Shown here piece by piece: positions 39,933 to 59,289 of a stretch of DNA of 63,621 nucleotides. A model generated the notes under the pieces. That model was not told the DNA's origin and ran no database searches. It worked only from the letters and a program-made list of their open reading frames with translations. Positions within the stretch are counted from its first letter, which is position 1; every line of letters begins with the position of its first letter. This DNA is from Mycobacteriales bacterium (lineage in GTDB: Bacteria; Actinomycetota; Actinomycetes; Mycobacteriales; SCTD01). A program made the position numbers and the translations under genes. Location: NCBI GenBank assembly GCA_035540755.1, contig DATLGD010000189.1:1-63621 (forward strand), written 5' to 3'.

Positions 39933-40120
39933 TCCTCGCGGCTGCGACGCCGGTGGCTGGTGTCGCACCAGGGCGGCGTTCGCGTGCGCCGGCAGGTGCA
40001 GACGGCGACCACAGGCCGGTCGGAGTGCACAAGGGTGCCGTCCGGCAGCTCGACCTCCACCGGGCCCTCGACGAGCACGGGCCCACCGGGCACCGGCGTG
40101 ACACGGCGGGCAGCGGTCAT
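39929..40120 (-). CDS. CDGSH-type iron-sulfur domain protein (63 aa)
   Basis: The sequence VCTCRRTRTPPWCDTSH fits the C-x-C-x2-(S/T)-x3-P-x-C-D-x-(S/T)-H pattern. Only the C-terminal 63 codons of the 243-aa track ORF are credible. Confidence 0.6.
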   Translation of the reverse strand: MTAARRVTPVPGGPVLVEGPVEVELPDGTLVHSDRPVVAVCTCRRTRTPPWCDTSHRRRSRED

Positions 40121-40162
40121 GTCGGCGTCCTTCCCCGAGGCGAGCAGTGCGACGCTGGCGGC

Positions 40163-40771
40163 ATGGCCACCACGATCGACGACGTCGACCACCTGCGCCG
40201 CCTGTACGGAGCGGTGCCGAAGCGGGCGGCCGGCAAGGTGCACACCCGCCTGGACCGGCACGACCGCGCCTTCGTGGCGGCGTCGCCGTTCCTCGTGCTC
40301 GCCACCGCTGCAGCCGACGGCCTGCTCGACGTCTCGCCGCGCGGCGACGCGCCCGGGTTCGTGCACGTCCTCGACGACAGCACCGTGGTCCTGCCGGACC
40401 GGCCCGGCAACAACCGGATCGACAGCCTGGTCAACGTGCTGAGCGACCCCCGGGCATCCATGATCTTCCTCGTCCCCGGCGTCGGCCACACGCTGCGGCT
40501 GAACGGCAAGGCCGTGGTGAGCACGGATCCGGAGCTGCTCGCCCTCGGTGCCGTCCGCGACCGGCTGCCGGTCACGGCGCTGGTGCTGACCGTGCACGCG
40601 GCGCTGTACCAGTGCCCGCGTGCGCTCGTCCGGAGCCGGCTGTGGGACACCGATCGGCACGTCGACGCCTCGGCACTGGCGAGCCTCGACGAGGTGCTGG
40701 CCGACCAGGTGCCCGACCTGTCCCTGGCGGAGTCGGTACGCCTCGGCGGCCGCAGCGACCCCCTCTGGTGA
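40163..40771 (+). CDS. PPOX-class (pyridoxamine 5'-phosphate oxidase-like) FMN-binding protein
   Basis: Sequences FLVLATAAADGLLDVSPRGDAPGFVHVLD...LPDRPGNNRIDSLVNV and LRLNGKA are present. Confidence 0.7.
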   Translation: MATTIDDVDHLRRLYGAVPKRAAGKVHTRLDRHDRAFVAASPFLVLATAAADGLLDVSPRGDAPGFVHVLDDSTVVLPDRPGNNRIDSLVNVLSDPRASMIFLVPGVGHTLRLNGKAVVSTDPELLALGAVRDRLPVTALVLTVHAALYQCPRALVRSRLWDTDRHVDASALASLDEVLADQVPDLSLAESVRLGGRSDPLW

Positions 40772-40859
40772 CTGCGCCTGCCGCGGGTGTGAGGCAGGAC
40801 ACCGGCGAGTAGCCTCGACCCGACCGATCGTTCAGGAAGGTCGCCGAGGAAGGGACGTC

Positions 40860-42533
40860 ATGTCGCCCGAGGACATCGCCGCCGGACGCGCGCGCTGGCA
40901 GGCCCGGTACGACGCCGCCCGCAAGCGGGACGCCGACTTCACCACCCTGTCCGGGGACGAGGTGGAGCCGGTCTACGGGCCGCGGCCGGGGGACGCGTAC
41001 GAGGGCTTCGAGCGCATCGGCTGGCCGGGGGAGTTCCCCTTCACCCGCGGCCTCTACGCCACCGGCTACCGCGGCCGGCCCTGGACGATCCGGCAGTTCG
41101 CCGGCTTCGGCAACGCGCAGCAGACCAACGAGCGCTACAAGATGATCCTGGCCGCCGGGGGAGGCGGGCTGTCGGTCGCGTTCGACATGCCGACCCTCAT
41201 GGGCCGCGACAGCGACGACCCGCGCTCCCTCGGCGAGGTCGGCCACTGCGGCGTCGCCATCGACAGCGCGGTCGACATGGACGTGCTGTTCTCCGACATC
41301 CCGCTCGGCGACGTCACCACGTCCATGACCATCAGCGGACCGGCTGTCCCCGTCTTCGTCATGTACCTCGTGGCGGCCGAGCGCCAGGGTGTCGACGTCG
41401 GCACGCTCAACGGGACGCTGCAGACCGACATCTTCAAGGAGTACATCGCGCAGAAGGAGTGGCTCTTCCCGCCGGAGCCGCACCTGCGCCTCATCGGCGA
41501 CCTGATGGAGCACTGCGCCGAGCACATCCCGGCCTACAAGCCGATCAGCGTCTCCGGCTACCACATCCGCGAGGCCGGCAGCACCGCCGCGCAGGAGCTG
41601 GCCTTCACGCTCGCCGACGGGTTCGCCTACGTCGAGCTGGGCCTGTCCCGCGGCCTCGACGTCGACCGCTTCGCGCCGGGCCTGTCGTTCTTCTTCGACG
41701 CGCACATCGACTTCTTCGAGGAGATCGCCAAGTTCCGCGCCGCCCGCCGGATCTGGGCGCGCTGGCTGCGCGACGTCTACGGCGCGAAGACCGAGAAGGC
41801 GCAGTGGCTGCGCTTCCACACCCAGACCGCCGGCGTCTCGCTCACCGCGCAGCAGCCGGACAACAACGTCGTGCGCACCGCCGTCGAGGCGCTCGCCGCC
41901 GTGCTCGGCGGCACGAACTCCTTGCACACCAACGCCCTCGACGAGGTGCTCGCCCTGCCGAGCGAGAAGGCGGCGCAGATCGCCTTGCGCACCCAGCAGG
42001 TCATCGCCGAGGAGACCGGCGTCATGAACGTCGCCGACCCGCTCGGCGGCTCCTGGTACGTCGAGCAGCTCACCGACCGCATCGAGGCCGAGGCCGAGGC
42101 CGTCTTCGCCAAGATCCGGGAGATGGGCACCGACGGCAGCATGACCAGCGGCATCCTGCGCGGCATCGAGGACGGCTGGTTCATGGCCGAGATCGCCGAG
42201 GCGGCGTTCCAGTACCAGGTCGCGCTCGAGAAGGGCGACAAGAAGGTCGTCGGCGTGAACGTGCACACCTCCGACGTCGACGCGCCGCTGGAGATCCTGC
42301 GGGTGTCGCACGAGGTCGAGACCGAGCAGGTGCGCGAGCTCGGCGGGCGCAAGGCCGGCCGGGACGAGCAGCGCGTCCGGGCGGCGCTCGCCGACCTCGT
42401 CGAGACCGCCCGCGGCGAGGGCAACACGATCCCGCCGATGCTCGAGGCGGCCCGCGCCGAGGCGACCCTCGGCGAGATCTGCGGGGCCCTGCGCGAGCTG
42501 TGGGGCAGCTACAGCGAGCCGCCCCGGTTCTGA
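40860..42533 (+). CDS. icmA: Acyl-CoA mutase large (substrate-binding) subunit, isobutyryl-CoA mutase-like
   Basis: 557 aa with no B12-binding domain. Substrate-specificity positions read TIRQFAGFG (Phe, 41097-41099) and [10 protein letters not shown] (Gln, 41451-41453), as in ICM and unlike the Tyr/Arg of methylmalonyl-CoA mutase. Confidence 0.8.
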   Translation: MSPEDIAAGRARWQARYDAARKRDADFTTLSGDEVEPVYGPRPGDAYEGFERIGWPGEFPFTRGLYATGYRGRPWTIRQFAGFGNAQQTNERYKMILAAGGGGLSVAFDMPTLMGRDSDDPRSLGEVGHCGVAIDSAVDMDVLFSDIPLGDVTTSMTISGPAVPVFVMYLVAAERQGVDVGTLNGTLQTDIFKEYIAQKEWLFPPEPHLRLIGDLMEHCAEHIPAYKPISVSGYHIREAGSTAAQELAFTLADGFAYVELGLSRGLDVDRFAPGLSFFFDAHIDFFEEIAKFRAARRIWARWLRDVYGAKTEKAQWLRFHTQTAGVSLTAQQPDNNVVRTAVEALAAVLGGTNSLHTNALDEVLALPSEKAAQIALRTQQVIAEETGVMNVADPLGGSWYVEQLTDRIEAEAEAVFAKIREMGTDGSMTSGILRGIEDGWFMAEIAEAAFQYQVALEKGDKKVVGVNVHTSDVDAPLEILRVSHEVETEQVRELGGRKAGRDEQRVRAALADLVETARGEGNTIPPMLEAARAEATLGEICGALRELWGSYSEPPRF

Positions 42534-42580
42534 GCGCCGGTCGGGAAGGGGCAGCGGGGGCGCTGCGGTTGACTGCTGAC

Positions 42581-43519
42581 ATGCGCCCCACGGACCTCAA
42601 CATCGCCGGTGCCGTCGATCTGTCGTCGCTGCGTCCGCCCCCCGCGCCCGCCCCGGCCGCCGCGCCGCCCGCCGCCGGGCCGGGCGGCGGCGCGCCGGCA
42701 CCGGACGGCGTCACGACCGTGCTCGACGTCACCGAGGCCACCTTCGAGAAGGAGGTGCTGCAGCGCTCGATGCAGGTGCCGGTGCTGGTCGACTTCTGGG
42801 CCGACTGGTGCGGCCCGTGCAAGCAGCTGTCGCCGGTGCTCGAGCGCCTCGCGGCCGAGGCTGGCGGGGCCTGGATCCTCGCGAAGGTCGACGTCGACAG
42901 CAACCAGATGCTCGCCGGGCAGCTGCAGATCCAGAGCATCCCGACCGTGCTGCTCGCCCTCGGCGGCCGGCTGATCCAGGGCTTCACCGGCGCGCTGCCC
43001 GAGCGCGAGCTGCGCTCCTTCCTCGAGCAGGTGCTCGCCGCCGCGCAGCAGGCAGGCCTGTCCGGGCCGGCGCCCGCCGACGCCGAGGAGCCGGCCGCTC
43101 CGCAGGTCGACCCCGAGGTGCAGCAGGCCGAGGAGGCGCTGGGCAACGGCGACTACGCCGCCGCGGTGGCGGCGTACGACGCGCTGCTGCTGCGCAAGCC
43201 GAACGACCCCGAGGGCGTCGCGGGTCGCGCCTGGGCAGCACTGCTGGAGCGCAGCGCCGACCGCGACCCCGCCGCCGTGCTGGCCGCCGCCGAGCAGGTG
43301 CCCGACGACGTCGCCGCCCAGACCGCCGCCGCCGACGCCGAGGTGCTCACCGAGCGCATCGACGCCGCGATCGACCGGCTCGTGGCCCTGGTCCGCCGCA
43401 GCGCCGGCGACGAGCGGGAGGCGACCCGGGTGCACCTGCTGGCGCTGCTCGACGCCCTCGACCCGTCCGACCCGCGGGTGATGGCCGGACGTCGCTCCCT
43501 CGCCAACGCGCTGTTCTGA
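42581..43519 (+). CDS. Thioredoxin-domain protein with C-terminal TPR-like region (YbbN/CnoX-like)
   Basis: FWADWCGPCKQL, followed by a helical Ala-rich C-terminal half. Confidence 0.8.
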   Translation: MRPTDLNIAGAVDLSSLRPPPAPAPAAAPPAAGPGGGAPAPDGVTTVLDVTEATFEKEVLQRSMQVPVLVDFWADWCGPCKQLSPVLERLAAEAGGAWILAKVDVDSNQMLAGQLQIQSIPTVLLALGGRLIQGFTGALPERELRSFLEQVLAAAQQAGLSGPAPADAEEPAAPQVDPEVQQAEEALGNGDYAAAVAAYDALLLRKPNDPEGVAGRAWAALLERSADRDPAAVLAAAEQVPDDVAAQTAAADAEVLTERIDAAIDRLVALVRRSAGDEREATRVHLLALLDALDPSDPRVMAGRRSLANALF

Positions 43520-43565
43520 GAGCTGCACCAGGCGTACCGTCCGGCGGGAGGAGGTGCTCCTGCCG

Positions 43566-43992
43566 ATGCACACCACGAACCTGAGCACCCGCAACCCCCT
43601 GCCCGGCCCGGTGACCGGCATCGACGAGGCCGAGCTGGTGGCGGCCTACGACGCCTGCAACGCCGGTGACTTCGGCCCGATGCACGCGCTCATGGCGCCG
43701 GAGGGCTACGTCCACCGGCTGCCGAGCCTCGACCTCGAGCTGCACGGCCGCGACGAGGCCGTCGCCGCGCTGCGCCGGCTGTACGACGAGCGGCAGGTCT
43801 GCCAGGCGCCCGTGCGATGGCACCAGCACGGCGAGCTGGTGGTGCTCGACGTCGAGGGCACCTCGCTGCTGCGCGGCCGCTTCGAGGCGGTGCACGTCTG
43901 CCTGGTCCGCGACGGCGTCGTCCTCGAGACCACCGTCGCCGCCCCGCCGCTGCCGGTGCAGGCGCCGCGTCCGGCCTGGCTGCCCCGCCCGC

Positions 43993-44003
<11 letters not shown>
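43566..44003 (+). CDS. Hypothetical protein, SnoaL/NTF2-like
   Basis: About 145 aa. ATG 43566 lies 11 nt after GGGAGGAGG; the track start GTG 43554 abuts that RBS too closely. The fold call is weak. Confidence 0.45.
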
Positions 44004-45225
<1,222 letters not shown>

Positions 45226-45235
45226 CCGCGCGACC

Positions 45236-47664
45236 TCAGCGCTGCGCCGGGCCGTCGCTGGCCAGCCACACCGTGCCGAGAGGCGGCACCCGCAGCAGCG
45301 CCGACGCCGGCTGGCCGTGCCACCCGTCCGCGGAGGCCTCGACGGCGCCGAAGTTCCCGACGCCGCTGCCGTTGTAGCCCTCGGCGTCCGTGTTGAGCAC
45401 CTCCCGCCAGGTCCCCTCCCACGGCAGGCCGAGGCGGTAGCCGTCGTGCGGCGTGCCGGCGAAGTTGGCGATGCACGCGACCGCGGAGCCGTCGGCGCCG
45501 TAGCGCAGGAAGGAGAAGACGTTGCCGGAGGCGTCGTTGGCGTCGATCCACGCGAACCCGGCCTGGTCGTGGTCCTGGCTCCACAGCGCGGGCGTGGCCT
45601 TGTAGACCTCGTTCAGCTCCTTCACCAGCAGCGCGACGCCCCGGTGGTCGGGCAGGTCGAGCAGCCACCAGTCGAGCGACCGGCTCTCGCTCCACTCCGA
45701 CTCCTGGGCGAACTCGCTGCCCATGAACAGCAGCTGCTTGCCCGGGTGCGCCCACATGAAGGCGAGGTAGGCCCGCACGTTCGCCAGCTGCTGCCACCGG
45801 TCGCCGGGCATCTTGCGCAGCAGCGAGCCCTTGCCGTGTACGACCTCGTCATGGCTGATCGGCAGCACGTAGTTCTCGGAGTACGCGTAGACCATCGAGA
45901 AGGTCATCTGGTGGTGGTGGTAGCCGCGGTACACCGGCTCGCGCGCGACGTAGTCGAGCGAGTCGTGCATCCAGCCCATGTTCCACTTGAACCCGAAGCC
46001 GAGCCCGCCGAGATGGGTGGGGCGGGAGACGCCCGGCCAGGCGGTCGACTCCTCGGCGATGGTCACGACCCCGGGCACCCGCCGGTAGACGGTGGCGTTC
46101 ATCTCCTGCAGGAACGCCACGGCCTCGAGGTTCTCGCGGCCGCCGTACTCGTTCGGGAGCCACTCGCCCTCCTTGCGCGAGTAGTCCAGGTAGAGCATCG
46201 AGGCGACGGCGTCGACGCGCAGCCCGTCGACGTGCAGCTCCTGAAGCCAGTACACGGCGTTGGCGACCAGGAAGTTGCGCACCTCGCGGCGGCCGAAGTC
46301 GAAGACGAGCGTGCCCCAGTCCATCTGCTCGCCGCGGCGCGGATCGGCATGCTCGTACAGCGGCGTGCCGTCGAAGCGGGCGAGCGCCCACTCGTCCTTC
46401 GGGAAGTGCGCCGGCACCCAGTCGACGATGACGCCGATGCCGGCCTGGTGCAGCCGGTCGACGAGATAGCGGAACTCGTCGGGCGAGCCGAAGCGCGACG
46501 TCGGCGCGAAGTAGGACGTCACCTGGTAGCCCCAGGAGCCGCCGAACGGGTGCTCGGCCACCGGCAGCAGCTCGACGTGCGTGTAGCCCAACCAGGTCAC
46601 GTACTCGACCAGCTGGTCGGCGAGCTCCCGGTAGGACAGCCCCTGCCGCCACGAGCCGAGGTGCACCTCGTAGACGCTCATCGGGCGCGCGTGCGCGGGC
46701 TCAGCCACGCGCTTCTCGAGCCAGTCGGCGTCGTCCCACTGGTAGTCGGACTCGTCGACGATGCTGGCCGTCAGCGGCGGCACCTCGGTTCGGCGCGCCA
46801 TCGGGTCGGCCTTCTCGCGCCACTCCGAGTCGGCGCCGAGCACGGCGAACTTGTAGTGCGCCCCGGCCTGCACCCCGGGGATGAACAGCTCCCACACCCC
46901 GCTCGACCCGAGCGAGCGCATCGGGTGCGACCGACCGTCCCACCCGTTGAAGTCGCCGATGACGCGCACGCCGCGCGCATTCGGCGCCCAGACCGCGAAC
47001 GACGTGCCGGTGACCTCACCGCCGGGGGAGTCGTACCGGCGCACGTGCGCCCCGAGCACCGTCCAGAGCTCCTCGTGCCGGCCCTCGCCGATGAGGTGGA
47101 GGTCCATGTCGCCGAGAGTCGGCAGGTAGCGGTAGGGGTCGTCGGACGGATAGGTGGTGCCGGCGTAGGTGACTGCCAGGCCGTAGTGCGGGACGTCGGC
47201 GCGGTCGAGCTCGGCCTGCCAGATCCCGCCGTGCACGTGCTCGAGCTCCAGCTCCTGGCCCTCGACGTGGGCGACGACCCGCTCGGCATCCGGGCGCAGC
47301 GTGCGGATGACGACGCGTCCGTCGAGGGCGTGCGCGCCCAGCAGGCTGTGCGGGTCGTGGTGGGCGCCGCCGACGACGCGCTCGAGCTCCTCGATCGACG
47401 GCGACGGCACGCCCTTCCGGGAGGAAGACGCCGGCGAGCCCGTGGCCCCGTCGTCGGTGACCTCCTCGGCGAAGGCCTCACCCGCAGCGGACGCCTTCGA
47501 GGCGACCGCGGCGGTCGCCTTCTTGACCGCGCGCGTGGCCTTCTTGACCGGTGACGTCTCCGCCTCGCCGGAGGGCGTCGTGCTGTCACCGTCGGCCACG
47601 ACAGGGGCGGTGGCCTCAGCCGCCTTCTTCCGTGGAACGCGCTTCTTGGGGCTGGGGGTGTCGG

Positions 47665-47668
<4 letters not shown>
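45236..47668 (-). CDS. glgB: 1,4-alpha-glucan branching enzyme
   Basis: Sequences [45 protein letters not shown] and [10 protein letters not shown] are present. GTG 47668 forms a GTGA overlap with the mak stop. An alternative start at GTG 47410 would remove a K/A-rich 86-aa extension. Confidence 0.9.
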
Positions 47669-52747
<5,079 letters not shown>

Positions 52748-52854
52748 GCCGCGACCGTACCCAGGTCGTCCGAGGCCGAACGTGGGCGGGACATCTCCTG
52801 CCGGACCCGGGCGAAGGGTTGCCCCGACCCGTGCGCGCACTAGGGTCGCCCCTC

Positions 52855-55387
52855 GTGAGAGCACTCCGCCGGTTCACCGTCCGCCTCGCCCTGCCGACCG
52901 CGCTGCAGCCGCTGTCGGAGCTGGTCATGAACCTGCGCTGGTCGTGGCACCCGGCCTCGCTGGACCTGTTCCGCGAGGTCGACCCCGAGACCTGGGACGA
53001 GGTCGGCCACGACCCGGTGCGCCTGCTCGGCGAGGTCAGCCCGGAGCGCCTCGCCGCTCTCGCGGCCGACGGCACGTTCCTCGAGCGGCTGCACGCCGCG
53101 CACGCCGACCTGCAGGACTACCTGTCCCGGCCGCGCTGGTACCAGTCGCTGCCCGACGCCCCGCGCTCCATCGCCTACTTCTCCCCGGAGTTCGGCATCA
53201 CCGAGGTGCTGCCGCAGTACTCCGGAGGCTTGGGCATCCTCGCCGGTGACCACCTCAAGGCGGCGTCCGACCTCGGCGTCCCGATCCTCGGCGTCGGCCT
53301 GCTCTACCGGTCGGGGTACTTCAAGCAGTCGCTCAACGCCGAGGGCTGGCAGCAGGAGCGCTACCCGCCGCTCGACCCCTACGGCCTGCCGCTGACCCTC
53401 GTCAACGACGCCGCCGGCGCGCCGCTCACCGTGGCGGTGGAGCTGCCCGGCCGCACGCTCCACGCGCAGGTCTGGCGGGCGCAGGTCGGCCGGGTGCCGC
53501 TGCTGCTGCTGGACTCCGACGTCGAGCTGAACGGCGACGCCGAGCGCCAGGTCACCGACCGGCTGTACGGCGGCGGCACCGACCACCGGCTGCACCAGGA
53601 GCTGCTGCTCGGCGTCGGCGGCGTCCGCGCCATCCGGGCCTGGTGCGCGCTCACCGGTGAGCCCGAGCCGGAGGTGTTCCACACCAACGAGGGCCACGCC
53701 GGCTTCCTCGGCGTCGAGCGCGTGCGTGAGCTGGTCGAGCAGGGCCTGTCCTTCGACGAGGCGAAGGAGGCGGTCCGCGCCGGCACCGTGTTCACCACGC
53801 ACACGCCGGTGCCGGCCGGCATCGACCGCTTCCCGCGGGAGCTGATCGCCAGCTACTTCAGCGACTCCTCGACCGTGCCGGTGGGACGCATCCTCGAGCT
53901 CGGCGCCGAGGAGGACCCCGACGTCTTCAACATGGCGCACATGGGCCTGCGCATGGCGCAGCGGCGCAACGGCGTCGCGAAGCTGCACGGCATCGTCAGC
54001 CGCGACATGTTCTCGGGCCTGTGGCCGGGCTTCCCGGCCGACGAGGTGCCGATCAGCTCGGTCACCAACGGCGTGCACGCCCCCACCTGGGTGGCCCGCG
54101 AGGTGTTCGAGCTGGCCGAGCGCGAGATCGGCAAGGAGATCACCACCGAGGCGCAGAACTGGGAGCGGATCAGCGACATCAAGGACTCCAGCATCTGGGA
54201 GACCCGGCGGGTGCTGCGAGCCCGGCTGGTCGAGGAGGTGCGGCGCCGGCTGCGCGAGTCGTGGCTGCAGCGCGGCGCGTCGTCGGCGGAGCTGGGCTGG
54301 ATCGACGGCGTCTTCGACCCGGACGTGCTCACCATGGGCTTCGCCCGACGTGTGCCGTCGTACAAGCGGCTCACCCTCATGCTGCGCGACCCCGACCGCC
54401 TGCGGGCGCTGCTGCTCGACGAGGAGCGTCCGGTGCAGCTGGTCATCGCCGGCAAGTCGCACCCAGCCGACGACGGCGGCAAGCAGCTCATCCAGGACAT
54501 GGTGCGCTTCGCCGACGCACGGGACGTCCGGCACCGGATCGCCTTCCTGCCCGACTACGACATCGGCATGGCGCGCTACCTCTACTGGGGCTGCGACGTG
54601 TGGCTGAACAACCCGCTGCGGCCGCTGGAGGCCTGCGGCACCAGCGGGATGAAGTCCGCACTGAACGGCGGGCTGAACCTGTCGATCCGCGACGGCTGGT
54701 GGGACGAGATGTACGACGGCGAGAACGGCTGGGCCATCCCGACCGCTGACGGCGTCGAGGACCCTGACCGCCGCGACGACCTCGAGGCGCAGGCCTTCTA
54801 CGAGCTCGTCGAGAAGCAGGTGCGCACCCGCTTCTACGACCGCGCCGTCGAGGGGGACGCCGCCGGCGTGCCGCAGCGGTGGATCGACATGGTCCGCCAC
54901 ACCCTCCAGACCACCGGGCCGAAGGTGCTCGCGAGCCGCATGGTCCGCGACTACGTGCACCAGCTGTACACACCCGCCGCCCGGGCCTCCCGCGCGCTGT
55001 CGGCGTCGTCCTACGGACCGGCGAAGGAGGTGGCCGCCTGGCGCGGCGACGTCACCCGCCGCTGGGCCGGCGTGCGCGTCGCGCACGTCGAGACCTCCGG
55101 CGTCGGCGACACCCCGGAGGTCGGGACGCAGCTGGAGGTGCGGGCCACCGTCGACCTCGCCGGCCTGCAGCCCGCCGACGTGACGGTGCAGGTCGTGCAC
55201 GGCCGCGTCGACGAGGCCGACCAGCTGCGCGCTCCGCGGTACCAGCCGCTCACGGCCGCGGGCACCGCCGACGACGGGCTGCACCGCTTCGAGGGCGTCG
55301 TCCCCCTGGAGCGGGCCGGCTCGTTCGGCTACACGGTGCGGGTGCTGCCGCACAACCCGCAGCTGCCCGGCGACGCCGACCTGGGGC

Positions 55388-55404
<17 letters not shown>
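52855..55404 (+). CDS. glgP: Alpha-glucan (maltodextrin/glycogen) phosphorylase, GlgP-type
   Basis: Sequences NLRWSWHP, YFSPEFGITEVLPQYSGGLGILAGDHLKAASDLGVP and GTSGMKSALNGGLNLS (PLP lysine) are present. Confidence 0.9.
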
Positions 55405-57543
<2,139 letters not shown>

Positions 57544-57547
<4 letters not shown>

Positions 57548-58503
57548 CGTCGGGCGCCGGAGGACCGGCGCTGTCGCGGGACGCGTGCGGCAGCGCGGCG
57601 CTCGGCCGGGATGAGGTCGGCGAGCGTGGAGCCGCGGGGGAGCACCAGCGCCTGCCCGCGCTTCTTGCGCTCGAGCATCGCGTGCACGACGAGCGCGTTG
57701 CGCAGCAGCGTCGCGAACTCCTCGGGCTGGGTGAGCAGCCAGCCGTGCCGGCCGCCGCGCACCACCTCGGCCGGCAGCACGCCCTCCACGCCGGCGAGCT
57801 CACCGGGCAGCACGAGCCGGTCGGCGTCGCCCCACACGAACAGCACCGGCACGCCCGCGGCGACGAGGGCGGCGGCCTCGTCGGCGAGCGAGACGGTGAG
57901 CGCCAGCCGCGCCGACATCGCCATGCGCACCGGCTGGCGCAGCGCGTTCGGGACGACGTCGCGCAGCAGCCCGGGCGCCGCCCGCAGCAGCTCGCGCGGG
58001 CTGAGCTCGGTCAGGGCCCCCGCGGCCCAGCGCACCCAGGACGCGTCGACCAGCCCCTGCCGGCGTCCCGGTGCGCCGCCGATGGAGTTGACCAGCGTCA
58101 GCGAGCGCACCCGCTGCGGTTGCTCGGTGGCCAGCTGCAGGGCGACCCCTCCGCCGAAGGAGTGCCCGGCGACGAAGACCGGGCGGTCGACGCCGAGCAC
58201 GTCCAGCAGCCGGCCGACGCTGCGCGCGTAGGCCGACAGGTCGATCGATCCCAGAGCCGGTCCGTCGCTGCCGCCGAAGCCGGGCAGGCACGGCGCGATC
58301 ACACGCACGCCGGCCGCGGTCAGCCGGGTGACGCCGTCGGCGTAAGCGCGCGGCGACAACCCCCAGCCGTGCAGGAACAGCAGCACCTCGCCCGGCTGCG
58401 ACGGGTCGGCCGGCCCGGCCTCCATGACCCGCAGCAGGGCGCCGTCGACGACGACCTCGCGCCAGGTGACCTCGAGGCCCGCCTCCGGCCGCGCGGCCGT
58501 CAC
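57544..58503 (-). CDS. Alpha/beta hydrolase
   Basis: Sequences LFLHGWGLS and VAGHSFGGGVAL (nucleophile elbow) are present. GTG 58503 forms a GTGA overlap with the upstream gene. Confidence 0.8.
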
Positions 58504-59204
58504 CGGCGCTCCCGGTGACCGGGACCGGTCGCGGCGTGCAGCTGCCCGTGCCGGGCGGCCAGCTGCTCGTGACCCAGCTCCTGCGGCTGCGGCAGCTGGC
58601 CGTGCGCCAGCACCAGGTGGCCGAGCAGCTTCTCCTGGTCGGCGACGAGGTCCGCCCACTCCTGCACGAGGTCGCCAGCGGCCACCAGCGCCTCCAGGCG
58701 GACCCGCACCGGCAGCAGGAGCAGCTCGCGCTCGAGCGCGGTCACGAGCGGCTCGGGCAGGGCGGCCCGGGGGTCGTCGTCGACGTCGGCGCCGGTGCGG
58801 TCGAGCAGCAGCTCGAGGTCGTCGAGCTCGTCGAGGTCGTCATCGTCGTCGTCGAGGCCGAGCAGGTCGACGTCGATCTCGTCGTCGGGGTCGGTGTCGT
58901 CGTCCCAGTCGCCCTCGACCTCCTCGAGCGACAGGCCGGCCTCGGCGGCCCACCGGGCCTCCTCCTGCAGGTCGATCTCGTCCGGCAGCGAGGCGAAGAA
59001 CGCGTCCTGCCACCGCTCGAGCAGGTCGCGCACCGCCTCCGCCGTCGAGAGCACGCCGCCCACGTCGACCTGGCCGGGCCCGGTGCCGGCCGGCGGGGGC
59101 GCGAGCAGGGCGTCCTGCAGGGCGCGCACCGCACCCGGCGGCAGGTCGGCCAGCGGATCGGCGGACGAGACGGTGTGCACGACGCCTCGCGAGTCCCGGA
59201 ACAC
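58500..59204 (-). CDS. Hypothetical acidic protein
   Basis: 234 aa with a strongly acidic tract (GDWDDDTDPDDEIDVDLLGLDDDDDDLDELDDLE). Translationally coupled to the hydrolase. No family was recognised. Confidence 0.5.
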   Translation of the reverse strand: MFRDSRGVVHTVSSADPLADLPPGAVRALQDALLAPPPAGTGPGQVDVGGVLSTAEAVRDLLERWQDAFFASLPDEIDLQEEARWAAEAGLSLEEVEGDWDDDTDPDDEIDVDLLGLDDDDDDLDELDDLELLLDRTGADVDDDPRAALPEPLVTALERELLLLPVRVRLEALVAAGDLVQEWADLVADQEKLLGHLVLAHGQLPQPQELGHEQLAARHGQLHAATGPGHRERR

Positions 59205-59289
59205 GGCGGCACTCTAGGCCCCGGAACAGCCCCGTCTAGGGTGCGTGCGTCCGTCAGGTCGACGTGGCGCGGCTCCCGGGAGGACGCAG

